Of a stretch of DNA of 39,432 nucleotides, positions 33,924 through 39,432 are shown piece after piece. This DNA comes from a virus (Duplodnaviria > Caudoviricetes). A program made the translations under genes and the position numbers. The stretch is taken from the IMG/VR virus record IMGVR_UViG_3300048851_000202, positions 1-39,432 of that record; one strand, given 5' to 3'. How positions within the stretch are numbered: the stretch's first letter is position 1; every line of letters begins with the position of its first letter. A model generated the notes under the pieces. That model ran no database searches. It saw nothing but the letters and a program-made list of their open reading frames with translations, and was not told the DNA's origin.

Positions 33924-35116
33924 TGCTGCCTGGTGGCGACCTGCTCACCGACGAGATCGCGGGCACCACGGTCGATGACCGGCTCGAGGTGAATGTGTGG
34001 CGCGGTGGGCGGCTGGTGGCGCCCGTGGACGGCGCGGCGCTGGATGTGACGTCGTGGTCGCTGGACTGGGACGCGGACCGCCAGGTTCAGGGCCAGGCGA
34101 CGCTGACGGTCGCCGACCCGGACGGGCTGCTCGCGCCGTGGGGCATGGGCGACGCCCTGGCCCCGGGCGGGTCGCGCGCGCAGCTGACGTGGGTGTCCGG
34201 GACGTCCGGGACGCGGGTACCGCAGGACTGGTGGCGGCTGCGCCGCTCCGAGCCGGTCGAGCAGTGGCGGATCCGCCGCACCGGCGAGGACGTCCAGCGG
34301 GTGTCCGGCGGTGGGTCGGTGACGATCCGCGTGGACGAGCTCACGTGCATCCCGAAGGACCTGGACCGCCTCGACGGGGAGGGGAACCCGCCGACGGGGG
34401 CGACGTGCCTGTCGGAGGTGCGCCGGCTGATGGCCGACATCGCCCCCGTGGTCGTCGCGGACGGTGTGGTGGACCGCGCGGTGCCTGCGTCCCTGGTGTA
34501 CAGCGAGGGCCGCTGGGATGCGGTGCAGGACCTGCTCACGCAGATCGACGCCGTGTACCGGATGGGCGGGGACGGCAGCGTGCACGTCCTGCCTGCCGCG
34601 CTCGGTGAGCCGGTGTGGACGATCGACGGCGGGGACTACGGCGTGCTCGTCGACGTGGCGCGCGTTCTGTCCGACGACAAGGTCTACAACGCGGTCACCT
34701 CGCGCGGCACGACCGCCGACGGTGACCCGCTCGTCGGCCGGGACTGGCTGCTCGGCGGCCCGCTCGTGTGGGGCGTCACCGAGCCGTTCGGCCGGGTGCC
34801 GGCGTTCCACCAGTCGATCGCGCAGACCGCCTCGGGGGTGCAGGCCGACGCGGTCACCCGACTGGCGTCGCTGTCCACCGCCGGGGAGATCGACCTGCCC
34901 GTGGTGTGCCTGACGCACCCGGGGATCCAGCTGCACGACGCCGTCACGGTCGTGGCCGCGACGATCGCCGGCGACCAGCCGCTGATCGGCCGCGTCGTCG
35001 GCAAGCGGATGGCGTCGGCCGGCCCGGTCCCGGCCAAGCAGATGTCCCTGCGGGTGCGGGTGTCGATCGCGGCGCTGGAGGCCGTGGCGGCGCGGGTGGC
35101 GGGCCGTCGTGGCTGA
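33923..35116 (+). CDS. minor tail protein (baseplate hub-like)
   Basis: synteny; RWDAVQDL, VYNAV, PFGRVP, HPGIQLHD. Confidence 0.78.
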   Translation: MLPGGDLLTDEIAGTTVDDRLEVNVWRGGRLVAPVDGAALDVTSWSLDWDADRQVQGQATLTVADPDGLLAPWGMGDALAPGGSRAQLTWVSGTSGTRVPQDWWRLRRSEPVEQWRIRRTGEDVQRVSGGGSVTIRVDELTCIPKDLDRLDGEGNPPTGATCLSEVRRLMADIAPVVVADGVVDRAVPASLVYSEGRWDAVQDLLTQIDAVYRMGGDGSVHVLPAALGEPVWTIDGGDYGVLVDVARVLSDDKVYNAVTSRGTTADGDPLVGRDWLLGGPLVWGVTEPFGRVPAFHQSIAQTASGVQADAVTRLASLSTAGEIDLPVVCLTHPGIQLHDAVTVVAATIAGDQPLIGRVVGKRMASAGPVPAKQMSLRVRVSIAALEAVAARVAGRRG

Positions 35117-36017
35117 CGTCCCGTTGCGCGCATCGGCCGGCACGGTCGCGACCACCGACAAGGGGCGCGTCGTCGTGCTGGACGACGGCACCCGGCTGAT
35201 GCCGCTGTGGCCGTCGATGGTCACCCTCACCGACGGCGACCGGGTCCAGGTGCTGCTCGTGGACGGCACCGCGCACATCATCGGTCCGGTCGTCGCGACC
35301 CCCCGTCCCATCTCCGGGACCATCGCCGGCGCCGCGTCCTCCGGGGTCATCCCGGTGAGCGTCCCGGGCGGCACGGTGCAGGCCCGCTACGCCGGGACCG
35401 CCCCAGCGATCGGGACGCTGGTCGGGATCCTGTGGCACGGCACCACGCCGTTCCTGCTGCCTGGCGCGCTCGCCCCGATCGCCTCTGACCCGCAGCTGCC
35501 CCCGCCGACGCCGGCACCCCCGCCGACCGGGCCGACGACCGGCACCCTGCTGGTCCCGGCGATCGGGTCCGGGACCTGGCGAACGGGCGGGTGGGGCTGG
35601 GCGAGCTCGAGCGACGTGCTGCAGGGCGGAGCGCCCTACGTCTCCCAGGAGTCCCGCGGTGGCTGGTGGTACGGGTCCGCCGCGCAGGCGATCGCCGGGC
35701 GCACCGTCACCGGTGCCCGCATCCGCCTCGGCGCGCGCCTGCGCGTCGGGAACTACAACGCGGCCGCCGTCCTGCACCTCTGGCTCACGACCAACGCGAC
35801 CCGACCCGGCGCGGACTTCGCGCGCATCGAGGGTCCGTTCGATGTCGCCCTCGCCCCCGGCGCCGGCCCGCAGCTCATCACCCTGCCGACCACCTGGGGG
35901 CAGGCAATGGCGAACCTCGGCTGCGGCATCGCCGTGCAGGGCTCGCCCTACGCCGGCGTCCTCGGTGTCGGTTCCGACCCGGAGTCCGGGCACGTCTCCC
36001 TCGACTGGGCCCGCTGA
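35109..36017 (+). CDS. minor tail protein
   Basis: GDRVQV N-domain, Pro linker, SGTWR..QG..GGWWYG C-domain. Confidence 0.75.
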   Translation: MADVPLRASAGTVATTDKGRVVVLDDGTRLMPLWPSMVTLTDGDRVQVLLVDGTAHIIGPVVATPRPISGTIAGAASSGVIPVSVPGGTVQARYAGTAPAIGTLVGILWHGTTPFLLPGALAPIASDPQLPPPTPAPPPTGPTTGTLLVPAIGSGTWRTGGWGWASSSDVLQGGAPYVSQESRGGWWYGSAAQAIAGRTVTGARIRLGARLRVGNYNAAAVLHLWLTTNATRPGADFARIEGPFDVALAPGAGPQLITLPTTWGQAMANLGCGIAVQGSPYAGVLGVGSDPESGHVSLDWAR

Positions 36018-36043
36018 CCGCGGCGCCAGGAAGGACCACCACC

Positions 36044-36715
36044 ATGGGCTCAGCCACCACCGCCACCGGCATCAACGTCCCCGCCGGCGGGGACCCGTTC
36101 GACCCCCATGGCGACATGGTCGACCTGGCCAACTCCCTGCGCTCGCGGGCGATCTACCCGGTCGCGAACGCCACCGCCCGCAACGCGCTGCTCACCGCGA
36201 TCGACTGGACCCCGACCGCGAACGAGCCGCTCAAAGTCGACCGCGCCGACACCGGCGCCATCGAACGCACCACCGGGTCCGGCTGGTACCGGGTCAGCGA
36301 GCGGGCCCTGGCGGTGCTCAAGTCGGGGCGCCCCGCCGAGACCGGCAAGACCCTCGCGGCCGGCGCCGGCCAGGTGCTCGACCTGATCGCCGCGGGCGAC
36401 GCCGGCGGCGTCCCGTCCATCACGGTGGACCCCGGCGGTGAGGTCGAGGTCGAGATCGCGTTCCAGTTCCTCGCGGCCTCCGCGGGGTCCGCCGCGGCCG
36501 CGACCGCGTCCCTCGTCGTCGACGGCGTCGTGCAGGCCGGCGGGGCGTACCTGCACACCGACACCGGCTCCAACGCGAACATCCCGCGCGTATTCACCAA
36601 GACGATGAAGGCGTGGCTGTCCCCGGGCACCCCGCACACGGTGAACGTCCGGCTCACCTGGGAGGGCGGCGGCGGCATCACCGTCCGGTACCCGTCCTAC
36701 GCGATCCGGGGCTGA
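36044..36715 (+). CDS. minor tail / fibre-like protein
   Basis: GGAAGGA RBS; VANATARNAL motif; beta-rich C-terminus. Confidence 0.7.
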   Translation: MGSATTATGINVPAGGDPFDPHGDMVDLANSLRSRAIYPVANATARNALLTAIDWTPTANEPLKVDRADTGAIERTTGSGWYRVSERALAVLKSGRPAETGKTLAAGAGQVLDLIAAGDAGGVPSITVDPGGEVEVEIAFQFLAASAGSAAAATASLVVDGVVQAGGAYLHTDTGSNANIPRVFTKTMKAWLSPGTPHTVNVRLTWEGGGGITVRYPSYAIRG

Positions 36716-36718
36716 CCC

Positions 36719-37768
36719 GTGGCCTACGCGAACGGGCAGATCCCCGCCGCCGCGCTGCACGGGATCAGCGGCCGCGCCGGCGCCTGCCTGCTGTCCGGGC
36801 CGGCCGCGTCGTGGGAGCGAATGTTCGCCGAAGTGCGTCGCCGCTACGGCTGGTCCCCGACGCCGACCGGCCCTTCGGACGCCTACCGGGATCTCGCCAC
36901 CCAGGTGGCCACGTTCCTCGACCGGTACACCCCGGCGCGCACCGGCGGCGGGGTCTACGGCGACGTGCGCTGGTGGAACGGCGTGCGCTACGTCCGCAAG
37001 GCCGGGAAGGCCGCGGCCGCCGTGCCCGGCACCTCGAACCACGGCAAGGGCCGCGCGGTCGACGTCACCGGCCTCGGCGGGTTCACCGGCACCCGGTACG
37101 CCCAGTTCGCCGCCGTCGCGATCCCGCTCGGCTGGTCCAACGCCGAGGGCCGGTCCGTCGACGAGCCATGGCACTGGGTCGACGTGTCCAGCCCCGAGCT
37201 CGTCTCCTCCGGCCACGCCACCGTGCCCGGGATCTCCGTCCCCGTCGGCCCGATCGGGTCGCTCACCCCACTGGTCCCCCAGGAGGACATCATGGCCTCG
37301 CGCGCCGACCTGCAGACCGACATCGCCAACGCCCTCGCCCCGGTCAACCAGCAGCTCGTCGGGCTCGCCTCGGCGGTCTCGACCCTGACCACGATCACCG
37401 GGCGGGCCCGCTGGTACAAGATCGACGGCACCACGCTGGCCTGGCTGGACCTCGGCAGCGCGCGGCGCATGGGCACCCTCGAGCAGTACGCCGCCGCCCC
37501 GGCGGGCGTCGTCCCGCTCAAGGTCACCGACCCGTTCTGGCGGCTGCCGATCGTCGGCCCCGCCTGGGGCGGGGAGGGCTACCGCCGCCCGGGCAAGGCC
37601 GACGTCTGGTTCCCCGACGTCGTCGGCGGCAAGCTCGTGCGCCGCTACCCCGGCCGCGACGGCTACATCGCCGCGGGCTCGCCGGCGATCCTCGACCTGC
37701 CCGTCGCGCACCCCTTCTGGGCCCTGGACGTCCCCGCCGCCGACCCGGCCGCGCCCGAGGGGCGGTGA
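36719..37768 (+). CDS. endolysin, M15B (VanY-like) peptidase domain
   Basis: NGQIP, AYRD..Q, AAVPGTSNHGKGRAVD, EPWHW. Confidence 0.9.
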   Translation: MAYANGQIPAAALHGISGRAGACLLSGPAASWERMFAEVRRRYGWSPTPTGPSDAYRDLATQVATFLDRYTPARTGGGVYGDVRWWNGVRYVRKAGKAAAAVPGTSNHGKGRAVDVTGLGGFTGTRYAQFAAVAIPLGWSNAEGRSVDEPWHWVDVSSPELVSSGHATVPGISVPVGPIGSLTPLVPQEDIMASRADLQTDIANALAPVNQQLVGLASAVSTLTTITGRARWYKIDGTTLAWLDLGSARRMGTLEQYAAAPAGVVPLKVTDPFWRLPIVGPAWGGEGYRRPGKADVWFPDVVGGKLVRRYPGRDGYIAAGSPAILDLPVAHPFWALDVPAADPAAPEGR

Positions 37769-38205
37769 CCGTGCCCGACCGCCGCCGCTACGCGCGCACC
37801 CCGGACACGATCCTCCTGCTCGCCGCGCTCGCGCTGACGGCCGGGGTGCTGACGCTGTCGGCGAAGGCGCCCGGGTCTGTGCTCGAGCTCGTCCCGCTGT
37901 GGGCGGCGCTCGTATGGTCCGGCACCCTCGCGGCAGGCGCGGCGTGCGCCCTCGCCGGCGTGCTCTGGCGCGACCCGCTGTGGGGATGGGGCCTGGAGCT
38001 CGCCGGCCGCGTGTCTGTCGCGTGCACGTGTGCTGCGTACACCTGGGCCCTCTGGTCCGCCGCCACACAGGCCGGCACCGCCCTCATCGTCGCGATCGTC
38101 GGCGGCATCACAGCTTCCTCGATCGCCAGGATCTACCAACTCGCGCGGCGGTGGCGGCAGTTCGTCGCGTCGGTGGAGCGCAACGGCCGCAGGAGGACCC
38201 GATGA
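37765..38205 (+). CDS. multi-TM lysis-cassette membrane protein
   Basis: about four hydrophobic helices; GTGA overlap with the endolysin. Confidence 0.75.
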   Translation: MTVPDRRRYARTPDTILLLAALALTAGVLTLSAKAPGSVLELVPLWAALVWSGTLAAGAACALAGVLWRDPLWGWGLELAGRVSVACTCAAYTWALWSAATQAGTALIVAIVGGITASSIARIYQLARRWRQFVASVERNGRRRTR

Positions 38206-38612
38206 ACGGCGAGCTGTTCGGAGCGCTCGGCACGACCGGCCTGCTCGGCAGCATCGCGGTGCTCCTGCGCATCCGGCACGAGATCCGCAAGCTCCGCTCC
38301 GAAGCGCACCACCTCGACGTCGAGGCCGCCGTCGCCGAGAAGGAGGGCGACGACGAGCACCTCGCCGCGCTGACCGCCCGGTGGCGCGAGCTCGTGGCGG
38401 CCCAAACCGAGGAGATCGTGCAGCCCCTCCGCGCCGAGGTCGGTGCCCTGCGCGGCGAGGTCGCCACCCTCCGCGCCGAGGTCGAGGCCGTCCGCACCCG
38501 CTACTGGCGCGCCATCACCCACGTCCGGGCACTACTCGCCTGGATCCACCGCCACCACGCCCAGCCGGACGGGCTGCCCCTGCCGCCCGTCGAGATCGCC
38601 GCCGACATCTGA
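38202..38612 (+). CDS. membrane-anchored coiled-coil protein (lysis cassette)
   Basis: AGGAGG RBS; N-terminal hydrophobic segment; LRAEVGALRGEVATLRAEV heptads. Confidence 0.75.
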   Translation: MNGELFGALGTTGLLGSIAVLLRIRHEIRKLRSEAHHLDVEAAVAEKEGDDEHLAALTARWRELVAAQTEEIVQPLRAEVGALRGEVATLRAEVEAVRTRYWRAITHVRALLAWIHRHHAQPDGLPLPPVEIAADI

Positions 38613-38629
38613 CCATGGAGGAGACCACC

Positions 38630-39004
38630 ATGACCCACGCCCTCGTCCCCGCCGCCGGCACGCCCTGGTGGAAGCGGGTCCTCGAGCTCGAGCCCGTCGC
38701 TGTGCAGGCCGCCGTCCGCGCCGTCCTGCTGCTCGCCGGCGCCGTGCTCGCGGGCTTCGGCCTGGACCTGCCCGACACGATCGAGCCGTGGCTGCTCGGC
38801 GTCGTCGCCGCGTTCTACGTCGCGGTCGAGGCCGTCACCACGATGCTCGCCCGACGCCGCGCCACACCCGACGTGAAGGTCGTGCAGACCGTCGAGCCCG
38901 ACGGCCGCATCGTCGCCGGTCCCGCCTCGCCGGCCCCGACCGGCGCCACACTCGGCTACGTCGCGGACAGCGGCGTGCATGTGGAACCCGGCGCTACTGC
39001 CTGA
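38630..39004 (+). CDS. putative holin
   Basis: GGAGGAG RBS; EPV..two TM helices..RRRATP. Confidence 0.7.
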   Translation: MTHALVPAAGTPWWKRVLELEPVAVQAAVRAVLLLAGAVLAGFGLDLPDTIEPWLLGVVAAFYVAVEAVTTMLARRRATPDVKVVQTVEPDGRIVAGPASPAPTGATLGYVADSGVHVEPGATA

Positions 39005-39022
39005 CCCCTTCCCGCACGCGAC

Positions 39023-39058
39023 AGCGCCCCCGTCCTCCCGAAGGAGGACGGGGGCGCT
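39023..39058. terminator. terminator hairpin ending the late operon (probably bidirectional)
   Basis: perfect 16-bp stem agcgcccccgtcctcc-cgaa-ggaggacgggggcgct. Confidence 0.85.
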
Positions 39059-39078
39059 TCGTCGTACGGGCTACTGAG

Positions 39079-39432
39079 TCACGCGTCTACGTGCTGACGA
39101 GCCCGTTCGGTCTTGTCAGCGTCCTCGAGCCACGCCGGAGCGAAGTCCGGCACGACGACGAAATCGTCGGAGTCGAGGCTGTAGTCGACGTCGCAGTCCT
39201 CAGCGACGTACGCCCGGCCCCACTGAATGTCGAGCCCGAGCACCGACATCGCACCCTGGACGTAGATGGCGGCGGAGCGCTGCGACTCCGCGTCGACGGG
39301 AATGACCAGCATCGGCTCGCCAGCGTCCTCGATGAGGATCGTGCCGGGCAGAGCGTCCGTGACGTGCCGCAGCTTGCTCCAGTCCCCGTTCGTGATCGGT
39401 GCCATGACCGTCTCGACGGTGAAGTTGGTCAC
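39079..39432 (-). CDS. acidic hypothetical protein (accessory; start may lie beyond the window)
   Basis: 117-aa ORF convergent on the terminator, lower GC than the core genes. Confidence 0.65.
   Translation of the reverse strand: MTNFTVETVMAPITNGDWSKLRHVTDALPGTILIEDAGEPMLVIPVDAESQRSAAIYVQGAMSVLGLDIQWGRAYVAEDCDVDYSLDSDDFVVVPDFAPAWLEDADKTERARQHVDA

Larger units (their letters stand above)
2634..39432. mobile_element. temperate siphovirus-like prophage (right att beyond the window)
   Basis: complete ordered integration, immunity, replication, packaging, head, tail and lysis modules. Confidence 0.97.

Noticed and set aside
25035-37286. recurrent CC(A/C)GGAGG mini-hairpins before late genes as CsrA-like binding sites
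   Set aside because: mostly explained by a Shine-Dalgarno sequence in GC-rich context; stems are usually only 3 bp
1815-39065. 40-bp near-direct repeat (1815-1854 and 39026-39065) as attL/attR
   Set aside because: both copies are post-lysis hairpins with different loops and structure-preserving changes; the integrase-adjacent rnpB-like repeat is a much better att candidate

Overview
High-GC actinobacterial (Cellulomonas/Micrococcales-like, by inference) window almost filled by one temperate siphovirus-type prophage, from about 2634 to beyond the right edge. Gene order: tyrosine integrase, PASTA-like lipoprotein, DUF3263, ImmA/IrrE protease and XRE repressor (minus strand); then Cro, excisionase, WhiB, Lsr2-like, J-domain, Cas4-like exonuclease, SSB, prim-pol/helicase with an iteron-like origin, MazG, resolvase and a late regulator; then terminase, portal, head, tail (with a -1 frameshifted chaperone) and lysis genes. 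Main observations: (1) the left attachment site reads as the 3' end of an RNase P RNA gene (rnpB), and a second degenerate copy at 524-549 brackets a decayed ~2.1 kb older element, suggesting repeated integration into rnpB; (2) two exact PafBC/RecA-NDp-type DNA-damage promoter motifs sit in front of the ImmA-to-integrase operon and an antisense zinc-finger microgene; (3) a 43-aa zinc-finger-like gene appears overprinted in the primase linker; (4) ten early, regulatory or packaging proteins end in Ala-Ala; (5) both endolysin-like genes have in-frame internal starts. All calls are by eye from motifs and synteny; no database searches were run.
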